This document shows, piece by piece, positions 1 through 8,029 of a stretch of DNA of 32,518 bases. The first letter of the stretch is position 1. Every line of letters begins with the position of its first letter. The position numbers and the translations under genes were made by a program. The notes under the pieces are model-generated. The model saw only the letters and a program-made list of their open reading frames with translations, had not been told where the DNA came from and made no database searches. Source of the stretch: a virus. Lineage: Duplodnaviria > Caudoviricetes. The stretch is from positions 1 to 32,518 of IMG/VR virus record IMGVR_UViG_3300044769_000077, one strand, 5' to 3'.

Positions 1-506
1 ATCTATGGCACGCGCATTTGACGCAGGGATTCTTTGCTGCTGCTGCTGCTGCTGCTGCAAACGTTGTGCTGCATCGTCAGATCATTTGGGTGAAGCCGGT
101 TCTGCTTCTCGGCCGAGGCCAGTATCACTGGAAGCATGAACCGTGTTTCATGGGTTGGGTAGAGGGGCATCAGCCCCCAGACTACGGACTCGGTAAAGGG
201 GAGCGCACGCAGACGACGGTCTGGGAGATCGCGTCGGTGACGCAGGCTGAGCGGAAAGAGTTCAACCAGTCGACACCGAAGCCGGTCGGATTATTCAGCA
301 CGCCGATCATCAAACATCTCCTGCCTACAGAGATCGCGTACGACCCGTTCGCAGGGACTGGCCCGCAAGTGATCGCTGCAGAACAACTCGGACGGCGCTG
401 CTACGCGATGGACATTGCGCCAGCGTGTTGCCAGTGCATTATCGATCGCTGGGAAGTCTTCACCGGACAGACGGCCGTCAAGGTCGGCGAGGCCGTCTGT
501 GCGTAG
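1..506 (+). CDS. Phage DNA N6-A/N4-C methyltransferase, C-terminal part (5'-truncated by window)
   Basis: IIWVKP...YHWKHEP, STPKPV, motif I YDPFAGTG, AAEQLGRRCYAMDI, IIDRWE; typical MTase found next to terminase genes. Confidence 0.9.
   Translation, partial: LWHAHLTQGFFAAAAAAAANVVLHRQIIWVKPVLLLGRGQYHWKHEPCFMGWVEGHQPPDYGLGKGERTQTTVWEIASVTQAERKEFNQSTPKPVGLFSTPIIKHLLPTEIAYDPFAGTGPQVIAAEQLGRRCYAMDIAPACCQCIIDRWEVFTGQTAVKVGEAVCA
36..59 (+). repeat. (GCT)7GCA trinucleotide repeat encoding Ala8 within the MTase
   Basis: gctgctgctgctgctgctgctgca read directly. Confidence 0.9.
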
Positions 507-600
507 GCGCCTCTGGACCTGTGGCGGGAATAACGGCTGTCCACACTGGTGGCGCTGGTCTGCTCGATTCTGTCAGGCCAGGCGACGGTGGCGCGTATGA
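499..600 (+). CDS. 33-aa Arg/Trp/Cys-rich micro-ORF linking MTase to terminase
   Basis: GAGG upstream of GTG499, overlaps MTase stop by 8 nt, TGA600 overlaps terminase ATG597 (ATGA). Confidence 0.5.
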   Translation: MRRRLWTCGGNNGCPHWWRWSARFCQARRRWRV

Positions 601-1496
601 AGACCGAAACGCACGCCGCGCGCGCCATCCGCCTGGTGAACCAACTCACCCACACGAAAGGCCCGTTCGCCGGCCAGCCGTTCGATCTGCGTCCGTGGCA
701 AGTCGCCATCCTGAAACGATTGTTCAAGACGCGGAAGGACGGCCGGCGCCAGTACCGGACCTGTCTGCTGATGCTGCCCAGGAAGAACGGCAAGACGGAG
801 ATGGCCGCCGCGCTCGCGGTGTACTTCCTGCTCTTTGACGGCGAGATCGGCGCGGAAGTCTACAGCGCCGCTGCGGACAAGGATCAGGCGTCGCTGGTGT
901 TCAACGTGGCGGCGCAGATGATCCGGAACGATCCGGAACTCTTCGCCCAGGTCGAGATTGTCGATTCCCAGAAGCGCATCATCCATCGCAAGAGCGGCAG
1001 TTTTTACCGCGCCATCAGCGCGGAAGCCTATTCCAAACATGGGTTTAACGCTTCCGTCGTGATCTACGACGAGCTGCACGCGGCCGAGAGTCGCGAACTC
1101 TGGGATGTGCTGACGACGTCGCAAGGCGCCAGATCGCAACCGCTGACGCTCGCGATCAGCACGGCTGGTTTTGATCGGCATTCCATCCTCTGGGAACTCT
1201 ATTCGCACGCGATGAAGGTGCACGAGAATCCGTCTTTGGACCCCACATTTCTGCCGCTCTTGTTTGAAGCGCCCATTGATTCAGACTGGACCGACGAAAA
1301 GGTGTGGAAGAAAGCGAACCCGGCACTCGGTGATTTCCGCAGCCTCGAGGAAATGCGCATTGCTGCTGCGCGGGCCAAGGAAATCCCAGCCCAGGAAAAC
1401 GTCTTTCGGCGGCTGTACCTCAATCAGTGGACGGAGCAGGCGTCGCGCTGGATCCAGATGCCGGCGTGGGATGCGTGCTGCGTGGTCTCCGCATGA
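597..1496 (+). CDS. terL: Terminase large subunit, ATPase part
   Basis: Adenine-binding LRPWQ, Walker A PRKNGKT, Walker B VVIYDELH, coupling motif ISTAG, WKKANPALG, FRRLYLNQW; ATG597 preferred over 549 because of ATGA coupling. Confidence 0.95.
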   Translation: MKTETHAARAIRLVNQLTHTKGPFAGQPFDLRPWQVAILKRLFKTRKDGRRQYRTCLLMLPRKNGKTEMAAALAVYFLLFDGEIGAEVYSAAADKDQASLVFNVAAQMIRNDPELFAQVEIVDSQKRIIHRKSGSFYRAISAEAYSKHGFNASVVIYDELHAAESRELWDVLTTSQGARSQPLTLAISTAGFDRHSILWELYSHAMKVHENPSLDPTFLPLLFEAPIDSDWTDEKVWKKANPALGDFRSLEEMRIAAARAKEIPAQENVFRRLYLNQWTEQASRWIQMPAWDACCVVSA

Positions 1497-2152
1497 CGCG
1501 CGCTGAGTATCGTTCATCGCTTAAAGGCCGTCGCTGTTACGTGGGCCTTGACCTGTCCAGCACGAAGGACTTGTCGGCCAAGGTTGGCGTGTTCCCTGAT
1601 GACGACGGGTTCGATGTCTTGGCGGAATTTTTTGTCCCGAAGGACTCGATTAAGGAACGCGTGACACGGGATCGTGTTCCGTACGACCAATGGTCGCGAG
1701 ACGGTTTTCTGACGGCGACACCAGGCAACGTGGTCGATTACGAGTACATCCGCCAGTCACTGAAAGACTGGAGCGCGGAGTTTGATGTTCGCGAACTCGC
1801 ATATGACCCGTGGAATGCGACCGATCTCGTGACCCGCCTCAGTGAACAGGACGGCTTTACTTGTGTGCCTATGCGGCAGGGCTTCTCGAGCCTCTCAGCG
1901 CCAACGAAGGCACTCGAGAAGGCCATCCTCTCGCGCACGCTCAGACATGACGGTCATCCGGTGTTGCGCTGGTGCGTCAGTAACGTATCAGTGGAAACCG
2001 ATGCCACAGGGAACCTGAAAATTTCCAAGAAGGTCAGCACGGAACGGATCGACGGCGTGGCGGCCCTGGTTATGGCGATCGATGTCATGGAGCGCAACAA
2101 CTCCGTAAAGCTGCCGACGTACGACATGATCATTCTTGGGGGAGCCCAGTAA
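1493..2152 (+). CDS. terL: Terminase large subunit, nuclease part (separate ORF)
   Basis: GRRCYVGLDLSSTKDL, YDPWNA, HDGHPVLRW, ERIDGVAALVMA (RNase H-like terminase nuclease); ATG1493 overlaps TGA1496. Confidence 0.93.
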   Translation: MTRAEYRSSLKGRRCYVGLDLSSTKDLSAKVGVFPDDDGFDVLAEFFVPKDSIKERVTRDRVPYDQWSRDGFLTATPGNVVDYEYIRQSLKDWSAEFDVRELAYDPWNATDLVTRLSEQDGFTCVPMRQGFSSLSAPTKALEKAILSRTLRHDGHPVLRWCVSNVSVETDATGNLKISKKVSTERIDGVAALVMAIDVMERNNSVKLPTYDMIILGGAQ

Positions 2153-2319
2153 TGGCAGGACGTCCCGCCCTGGATCCACACGATCCGTCCTCAAAGGTCA
2201 CCTTGACCCTCCCATCTCGACAGTTGGACGAATACTGCCGGCAAGCCCTCCGTGAAGACGTGAGCGTCCCTGAAGTGATCCGCCGAGAACTGGCAAAAAA
2301 ACCTAAAAATACAGACTAG
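2152..2319 (+). CDS. 55-aa ribbon-helix-helix (CopG-like) DNA-binding protein
   Basis: Not in ORF track; MAGRPALDPHDPSSKVTLTLPSRQLDEYCRQALREDVSVPEVIRRELAKKPKNTD; GGGGAG SD, TAATG overlap; beta-strand KVTLTL plus SVPEVIRR helix pattern. Confidence 0.7.
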   Translation: MAGRPALDPHDPSSKVTLTLPSRQLDEYCRQALREDVSVPEVIRRELAKKPKNTD

Positions 2320-2349
2320 CCGCCTGTTGACCGTAGCCTTACGCTTACG

Positions 2350-4290
2350 GTGAATCAGCGCGCCTATAGCCTCCTGACGCTCAAGTCGGTCGACGAGGAT
2401 CAGCGCCTCATTGAAGGCACCGCGTCCACGCCAGAAGTGGATCGCGTCGGCGACGTGATCGAGTCGGCCGGGGCCGTCTTCAAGCTGCCGATGCCGTTGC
2501 TCTGGCAGCACAAACCTGATCAGCCGATCGGGCATGTCCTCAGCGCCACGGTGACGAAGAGCGGGATCAAGATTCGCGCGCAGATTGCCAAGAACATCGG
2601 CCTCCCTGAAATCGATCGCGCCTGGACACTGATCAAAGCGGGGCTCGTGCGCGGGCTCTCGATCGGATTCAAGGCGCTCGAGATGGAACCGCTCAACCCG
2701 AAAGATCCGTGGGGCGGCCAGCGGTTTCTGAAGTGGGAATGGTTGGAACTCTCGGCGGTGACGATTCCCGCAAATCAAGACGCCTCGATCGCCTTCATTA
2801 AATCTGTGTCGGCATCTGCCCTGTCGGGCGCTGATGCGCGGCGCTCCACTTCCTCGCCTGCCGACGTGGGCCGTTGCACGCAGAAGGATGCGCGCATGAC
2901 TCCGAACATCTCCGAACAGGTCACCGCGGCGATTGCCGAACTCACCACGAAGTCCGCGCGCCTCGACGAACTCGATACACGCGAAGGCGCCGATGGCACG
3001 CTCGAAGCCGACGAACTCCACGAGCGTGATGCGTTGACCGAGACGGTGACAGCGCTCACCGGCAAAGTGACACGGCTCAAGGCGAAGGAAGCCGCACAGG
3101 CCGCGCTCGCGCGTCCCGTCTATGCAAAGGCGGCCGATGTCGACGTCCGAGACACCTCGCGCCAGAACGTCTCTCGCGTGGAAGTGAAGTCGAACCTGGA
3201 GCCAGGAATCGAATTCGCCCGCTACATCATTTGCCGCATGGCGGCGCTCAAGCACGGCGTGTCCGCGCTGGAACTCGCGAAGACCCACTATCCGGACAAT
3301 CCTCGGATTCAGTGGTTGATCAAGGACAACATCGCCGCCGGTAGTACGCAGGACAACCTCTTCGCCAAGCCGCTGGTCAATGTGACGCCCTCGTCGGAAT
3401 TCGTTGACTGGTTGCGCCCGCAGACGCTGCTCGGGCGGATTCCTGGTCTGACGTCGGTGCCGTTCAACACGCGCATCACCGGGCAAAACTCGGGCGCGAC
3501 GGGGTACTGGGTCGGTGAGGGGAAGGCCAAGCCGCTGACCCGCTTCGGCACGTTTTCGACGAATCTGTATTGGGCGAAGGTCGCAGCGATCATCTCGATC
3601 ACGGATGAACTCGCACGCTTCTCCTCGCCGTCTGCGGAGATGATGGTGCGTCGGGAAATCGCCAGGGCGTTGCAGGAGCGGATGGACATCGACTTCGTCG
3701 ATCCGAGCAAAGCGGCGGTCGCCAACGTCTCGCCGGCCTCGATCACGAACGGCGTGACGAATCTGAACGACAGCGGCACGTCACTGGCGAACGTCACGAC
3801 GGACATCGCGCAGTTCTTCAACGCGATGATCGGCAACAACCTCAACGTCGCCGAGTGCGTCTGGATCATGCCGAACACCGTCGCGTTGCAGTTGTCGCTG
3901 ATGCGCGATTCGCTCGGCGCGCTCGCCTTCCCGACCATCAATGTGAGCGGTGGGACGTGGCAGGGGATCCCGGTCATCACCTCGCAGTACCTGTTGTTCA
4001 GCCACACGCCGGCGAACAACAAAGTGCTTCTGGTGCATGCGCCGTCGGTCGCGCTGGCGGACGATGGCGGCTTCACGGTGGACATCTCGCGCGAAGCGTC
4101 GCTCGAGATGGACGATCAGCCGGTGATGGAGACGGGTGCCTTGGGTTCGCCGAGTGGGCCGACCGGATCCGCGCTGGTGTCGATGTTCCAGACCAACAGC
4201 ATGGCGATCCGCTGCGAGCGGTACATCAACTGGGCGAAGCTGCGATCGACGGCCGTCGTCTGGATGGATGACGTGCGGTGGGCCGCTTAA
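2350..4290 (+). CDS. Prohead protease-major capsid protein fusion (HK97 fold)
   Basis: N-terminal protease motifs DRVGD, LLWQH, GLSIGF, ELSAVTIPAN; coiled-coil scaffold; capsid motifs YWVGEGKAKP, WIMPN, FQTNSMAIRCERYINW. Confidence 0.95.
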   Translation: MNQRAYSLLTLKSVDEDQRLIEGTASTPEVDRVGDVIESAGAVFKLPMPLLWQHKPDQPIGHVLSATVTKSGIKIRAQIAKNIGLPEIDRAWTLIKAGLVRGLSIGFKALEMEPLNPKDPWGGQRFLKWEWLELSAVTIPANQDASIAFIKSVSASALSGADARRSTSSPADVGRCTQKDARMTPNISEQVTAAIAELTTKSARLDELDTREGADGTLEADELHERDALTETVTALTGKVTRLKAKEAAQAALARPVYAKAADVDVRDTSRQNVSRVEVKSNLEPGIEFARYIICRMAALKHGVSALELAKTHYPDNPRIQWLIKDNIAAGSTQDNLFAKPLVNVTPSSEFVDWLRPQTLLGRIPGLTSVPFNTRITGQNSGATGYWVGEGKAKPLTRFGTFSTNLYWAKVAAIISITDELARFSSPSAEMMVRREIARALQERMDIDFVDPSKAAVANVSPASITNGVTNLNDSGTSLANVTTDIAQFFNAMIGNNLNVAECVWIMPNTVALQLSLMRDSLGALAFPTINVSGGTWQGIPVITSQYLLFSHTPANNKVLLVHAPSVALADDGGFTVDISREASLEMDDQPVMETGALGSPSGPTGSALVSMFQTNSMAIRCERYINWAKLRSTAVVWMDDVRWAA

Positions 4291-4310
4291 CTCTGGTTAC
4301 GTAATCCAGC

Positions 4311-4353
4311 CACCGGAGGCTCCGGCATAACGGGGCCTCCGGTGTTGTTGCTT
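4311..4353 (+). terminator. Intrinsic terminator-like hairpin after the capsid gene
   Basis: CACCGGAGGCTCCG-gcataa-CGGGGCCTCCGGTG followed by TTGTTGCTT. Confidence 0.7.
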
Positions 4354-4620
4354 ATGGCCAATACCTTCGTACTCATCGTGCAGCAGCCGCTGGAGTTTCA
4401 AGGCCAGTCCTATCAGCCCGGCGATCGGTTAGTCGCGGACTGGACCGAATCGCCAGGGTTGAAACGAAGCGGCCTCGCGATCCTTGCGCCTGAAGAGGAA
4501 CAACGCGCGCACGGCGCCGCCCCACGCTTGGTGAAGCGGTCTCGCGGGCGTCCACGCAAAGCACAAACCGAGACAGCGGCGGCCACGTATCAGCGGCGCG
4601 ATCTGCAGGCGGAAGAGTGA
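4354..4620 (+). CDS. Small basic head-associated protein
   Basis: Follows capsid; AT-hook-like RGRPRK and C-terminal YQRRDLQAEE. Confidence 0.75.
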   Translation: MANTFVLIVQQPLEFQGQSYQPGDRLVADWTESPGLKRSGLAILAPEEEQRAHGAAPRLVKRSRGRPRKAQTETAAATYQRRDLQAEE

Positions 4621-4622
4621 CG

Positions 4623-5303
4623 TCAGGCCGCGATCAGCTTGTTGGATTTCCGGCAGTTCTCGGTTTCGGTGAGAACTTGCAGATTCCAGACGACATGCAG
4701 GCCACACACGGTCTTGCCTCGCAAGGGAACGATGTGATCGACATGGTGCTTAATGCCTGTGTCAGCCGTCAGCCTTTGGGCCTGCTTATAAACCGCGCGC
4801 ATATCTTTTGCGTTTGTCCACGGTGGCATCGCACTCATGCGAGTGGCGCGACGCCTAGCGTGATCGACGCTCACTCGATCTGGATGTCGGCGTTTCCATT
4901 CACGGAGTCTCTTATTGCGAGCGTGAACAGTCTCCTTGTAGCGCTCCTGAAATTTATTGCGGCCATTTTCAGTTGCCAGATATTTGTGCGATCGAGCCAG
5001 TTGCTTGGCCGGGTCTATCGCATATGCCTTTTTACTCCGCGTCCGAGATCGCAACCGAGCCGCTTCAATATCGGCGTGATACCTGGCGTGCTGAATAGCC
5101 AGTTGCTCGGTTTTATGGAGTTCGTAGTACGCCTTCAAATACCGTGTCATGTATTCACGACGGTGTGCGCGCTGTTTGTCTGTGGGCTTGCGTTTGGCTT
5201 GATAAGCCTGTCTGTAGGCGCGGCACTGCTCGCTGTGTGTTTCCCGATAGCGCTTATTCGCCTCTCGGCATCGTCGCTTGCGTTCTTCTGGCGGCATAGC
5301 CAC
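4623..5303 (-). CDS. HNH endonuclease 1 (free-standing, antisense to late operon)
   Basis: HHVDHIVPLRGKTVCGLHVVWNLQVLTETENCRKSNK; Arg/Tyr-rich helical N-terminus. Confidence 0.92.
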   Translation of the reverse strand: MAMPPEERKRRCREANKRYRETHSEQCRAYRQAYQAKRKPTDKQRAHRREYMTRYLKAYYELHKTEQLAIQHARYHADIEAARLRSRTRSKKAYAIDPAKQLARSHKYLATENGRNKFQERYKETVHARNKRLREWKRRHPDRVSVDHARRRATRMSAMPPWTNAKDMRAVYKQAQRLTADTGIKHHVDHIVPLRGKTVCGLHVVWNLQVLTETENCRKSNKLIAA

Positions 5304-5318
5304 GGGCCTATTTTATCA
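5304..5318 (-). promoter_or_regulatory. Extended -10 promoter for leaderless HNH 1 mRNA
   Basis: Minus strand TG-A-TAAAAT-aggccc-GTG. Confidence 0.7.
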
Positions 5319-5323
5319 AAGTC

Positions 5324-6742
5324 ATGAACTTCCTAGGGCTTTCGATCACCAGAACCAAAGCGCCAAATGGCCTGATGACGCCAGACAGCCGCAATGGTTG
5401 GTACCCCATAGTCAGAGAAGGATTCGCAGGAGCCTGGCAGCAAAATATTTCTACGCCGATCGTTGACGTTCTGTCGCACCCCACCGTTTTCGCGTGCATG
5501 ACACTCATCGCTTCAGATGTGGCGAAGATGCGCCTCGAGTTGGTGAGAGAAGAGAACGACGATGTTTGGATCACGACTGAGAATCCTGCATTCTCTCCAG
5601 TTCTCAGGGCGCCCAATGGGTACCAAGTTCCGTTTCAATTCTTGACGCAATGGCTTATTAGCAAGCTGAGCTCGGGCAACACGTTTGTACTAAAACAGCG
5701 TGATCAGCGCGGCGTAGTGGTTGCTCTCTACGTCCTGGATCCGAATCGTGTGCGCCCGTTGATTGCACCTGACGGCAGCGTGTTCTACGAGTTGAAACTG
5801 GATCCACTTGCGGCGCAGGGCGACGACGTCTTGATCGCGCCAGCACGAGAGATCATTCACGACTTAATGAACCCGTTGTTTCATCCATTAGTGGGGATCT
5901 CGCCGCTCTATGCGTCGGGCATTGCGGCGATCCTCGGTCTGCGTATTCAAACCAACAGCACACATTTTTTCAGCAACAATTCGCAACCAGGCGGCATTCT
6001 CACGGCTCCAGGTGCGATCAGCCCGACGACTGCGGATCGGCTCAAGGCTGAATGGGAAACGAAGTTTGGCGGGATCAACGCCGGCAAGGTCGCGGTCGTA
6101 GGCGATGGGCTGACATATGTCCCGCTCGCGCAGCCTGCGGACAAATCCCAACTCAATGAACAGTGGCTCGCCGCCTCGCAAGCGATTGCCGTGGCCTTCC
6201 ATGTGCCCTGGTATCTGGTCGGCGGTCCTCAGCCTCCGTACAACAACATCCAAGCGCTGAACGTTCAGTACTACACACAATGCATTCAGCCGCTCTCGAC
6301 GTCATTAGAACAGGTCATGGACAAAGGTCTCGGATTGAGCCCTGACAAGATCGGCGGTGTGCGGCTCGGCACACAGTTCAACGTCAAGGATCTGTTGTGG
6401 ATGGATTCGGCCACGATGATGGACGTCATCAGCAAGGGCGTCGGCGCGGGCGTGTTAAAGCCAAATGAAGGGCGGTCGGATCTCAATCTCGGGCCGGTGA
6501 AGGGCGGCGACACGCCGTACTTGCAGGTTCAGAACACTAGCCTCGCGGCTTTAGATAAGCGCGATCAGGCCGCCGCAGCGACACCGTCGTCGAATTTGCC
6601 TCCCCAGTTGCCAGCTGACGACGAGCCCGATCCTGACGATGCGCCGCCTGACCAGACACGCGGATTAGGCGCCGCGTTCGCGCCGGTGCTTCATAGGCAA
6701 GTCACGGACGCTGGACTCTATGACGGTTCGGCTTGGAACTGA
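5324..6742 (+). CDS. Portal protein (HK97 family)
   Basis: TVFACMTLIASDVAKM, PNGYQ, GNTFVLK, LYVLDP, EIIHD, GISPL, FFSNNSQPGGIL, LKPNEGR, PVKGGD. Confidence 0.95.
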   Translation: MNFLGLSITRTKAPNGLMTPDSRNGWYPIVREGFAGAWQQNISTPIVDVLSHPTVFACMTLIASDVAKMRLELVREENDDVWITTENPAFSPVLRAPNGYQVPFQFLTQWLISKLSSGNTFVLKQRDQRGVVVALYVLDPNRVRPLIAPDGSVFYELKLDPLAAQGDDVLIAPAREIIHDLMNPLFHPLVGISPLYASGIAAILGLRIQTNSTHFFSNNSQPGGILTAPGAISPTTADRLKAEWETKFGGINAGKVAVVGDGLTYVPLAQPADKSQLNEQWLAASQAIAVAFHVPWYLVGGPQPPYNNIQALNVQYYTQCIQPLSTSLEQVMDKGLGLSPDKIGGVRLGTQFNVKDLLWMDSATMMDVISKGVGAGVLKPNEGRSDLNLGPVKGGDTPYLQVQNTSLAALDKRDQAAAATPSSNLPPQLPADDEPDPDDAPPDQTRGLGAAFAPVLHRQVTDAGLYDGSAWN

Positions 6743-7440
6743 TTTGATTTGCGCTTGTTTTGGTCGCTCGTGAGGATTTGAAGATTGGCCGGAATGTGAA
6801 GTCCACAGATACGCGGATGTCGCAACGGAATGATGTGGTCGACCTCGTGCCGAATGCCGGTCGCGCCGGTCAACCGCGCCGCTTCCTTGTAGACCGTTCG
6901 CATTGCGACGTGGTCCGCCCATGGTGGAGTCGCCTCCAACTTGATCGCATTCCGTTTCGCGACAATCGCATTGATCCGCCCCTTGTTCGCCTTCGCCCAC
7001 GTGCGATACGACTGTCTAGCGTATTCAACATGGGCTTCGCGCCAGCGCTTAAAACACTGGCGCTTCCATTCTCGATTGTTGTCGTACCACTCTGCGAACG
7101 CATGCGGATGGGCCAGTTTCCATTTTGCCGATCGGGCGTTGGCGCACATGCGACACGTCCACGACAACCCATCAGCCGACGCTCTTCGCCTGGGGAAGTC
7201 CGCACGCGGCTTAATAGCTTTGCAGACATTGCAGCTTTTCAAGCCAGCTGCATCAAGATTCGCGCGCTGCTTACGTTCATCTGCCAGAGACGGCTTGCGG
7301 ATGTGCGACATACAGGGCTTGCAGTCCGGTACGCAGCCATACGCGCCACGGGACGGTCTTTCTCCGGTAGTTCGTCCGATTTTAAAGAAGGCATCAAGCG
7401 GCTTGCTGACTCCGCAATATCTACACACCTTCTCAGTCAT
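6718..7440 (-). CDS. HNH endonuclease 2 with N-terminal CxxC zinc motifs
   Basis: CRYC, CKPC, CNVC, CRMC; HEVDHIIPLRHPRICGLHIPANLQILTSDQNKRKSN; 3' end overlaps portal 3' end. Confidence 0.92.
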   Translation of the reverse strand: MTEKVCRYCGVSKPLDAFFKIGRTTGERPSRGAYGCVPDCKPCMSHIRKPSLADERKQRANLDAAGLKSCNVCKAIKPRADFPRRRASADGLSWTCRMCANARSAKWKLAHPHAFAEWYDNNREWKRQCFKRWREAHVEYARQSYRTWAKANKGRINAIVAKRNAIKLEATPPWADHVAMRTVYKEAARLTGATGIRHEVDHIIPLRHPRICGLHIPANLQILTSDQNKRKSNQFQAEPS

Positions 7441-7568
7441 CGTGGCGCTTCAATATGCGCATCGATGATGCGTCTGACCAGTTCGGCGATGGAGATGCCA
7501 AGCCGCTTAGCCTCACGCTTTAGGAAGTGCCGCTGTGGGTCGGTGAACGAAATCATCTGCTTAATCAT
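7437..7568 (-). CDS. 43-aa ribbon-helix-helix protein
   Basis: Not in ORF track; MIKQMISFTDPQRHFLKREAKRLGISIAELVRRIIDAHIEAPR; stop overlaps HNH 2 ATG (ATGA), start overlaps upstream gene end. Confidence 0.8.
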   Translation of the reverse strand: MIKQMISFTDPQRHFLKREAKRLGISIAELVRRIIDAHIEAPR

Positions 7569-7989
7569 GCGGCCACTCCCCAGACGCAATCATGCGCGTG
7601 CGGTGCTCGTTTGCAATTTTGATTGCGTGCGTCTCATCTTTCGCCCAAATATCCGCCTGAAGGATGTCTGGCTTATCTGGCTTACCACGATAGGCAGGCG
7701 CTTGCGTCCGTCTCCACATCCGCACAGAGCCAGCCAGATCGTAACCGCTGATTTCAAATGGCTCGCACCGCTCGGTTGTTCCGTCCTTACGCATGTCTAC
7801 AAGGTAGCGCTTGAAGCCTTGCCGCAGTTCGTTGATCACCGGATCGATCGGCCACTCAGCTACAGTCGCATCGCGCGTATCACCACCGAGCGCGTCTGCA
7901 ATCTGTTTAGCGTTAGCTTCAGACGAAAACACGCCGACCACGCGGTAGTCGGAATAGCTGCCTTGCTCAACAACCCAGACTGTTGGCAT
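7561..7989 (-). CDS. Hypothetical phage protein, 142 aa
   Basis: Protein-like composition, VWVVEQGSYSDYRVVGVFSS N-terminus, own promoter, coupled to RHH gene. Confidence 0.8.
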   Translation of the reverse strand: MPTVWVVEQGSYSDYRVVGVFSSEANAKQIADALGGDTRDATVAEWPIDPVINELRQGFKRYLVDMRKDGTTERCEPFEISGYDLAGSVRMWRRTQAPAYRGKPDKPDILQADIWAKDETHAIKIANEHRTRMIASGEWPHD

Positions 7990-8004
7990 GGGCGCAGTAT
8001 ACCA
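7990..8004 (-). promoter_or_regulatory. Extended -10 promoter for leaderless cassette-2 mRNA
   Basis: Minus strand TG-G-TATACT-gcgccc-ATG. Confidence 0.75.
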
Positions 8005-8029
8005 CAGGGTATCCCTTCACGGCTGTCGT

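Larger units (their letters stand above)
4617..5327 (+). other. 236-codon 'bridge' ORF antisense to HNH 1
   Basis: Starts at GTGA overlapping stop 4620, ends at ATGA overlapping portal ATG5324; no recognisable protein motif. Confidence 0.55.

Noticed and set aside
1480-1510. Intron or intein in the terminase
   Set aside because: The halves overlap by 4 nt with no intervening sequence, and there are no intein motifs
2191-3486. 431-aa minus-strand ORF opposite the capsid gene (and similar ones such as 573-1223, 16799-17635, 24410-25075)
   Set aside because: Shadow frames of GC-rich genes with no motifs, promoter or coupled junctions; they also show that antisense ORF length alone is not evidence
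4293-4309. Imperfect palindrome CTGGTTACGTAATCCAG after the capsid stop as an operator
   Set aside because: Single occurrence with no second copy noticed; insufficient support
2350-6742. Protease-capsid fusion and portal placed after capsid as a novelty
   Set aside because: This arrangement, followed by a collagen-like gene, is already known from other HK97-fold prophages; noted only as a feature
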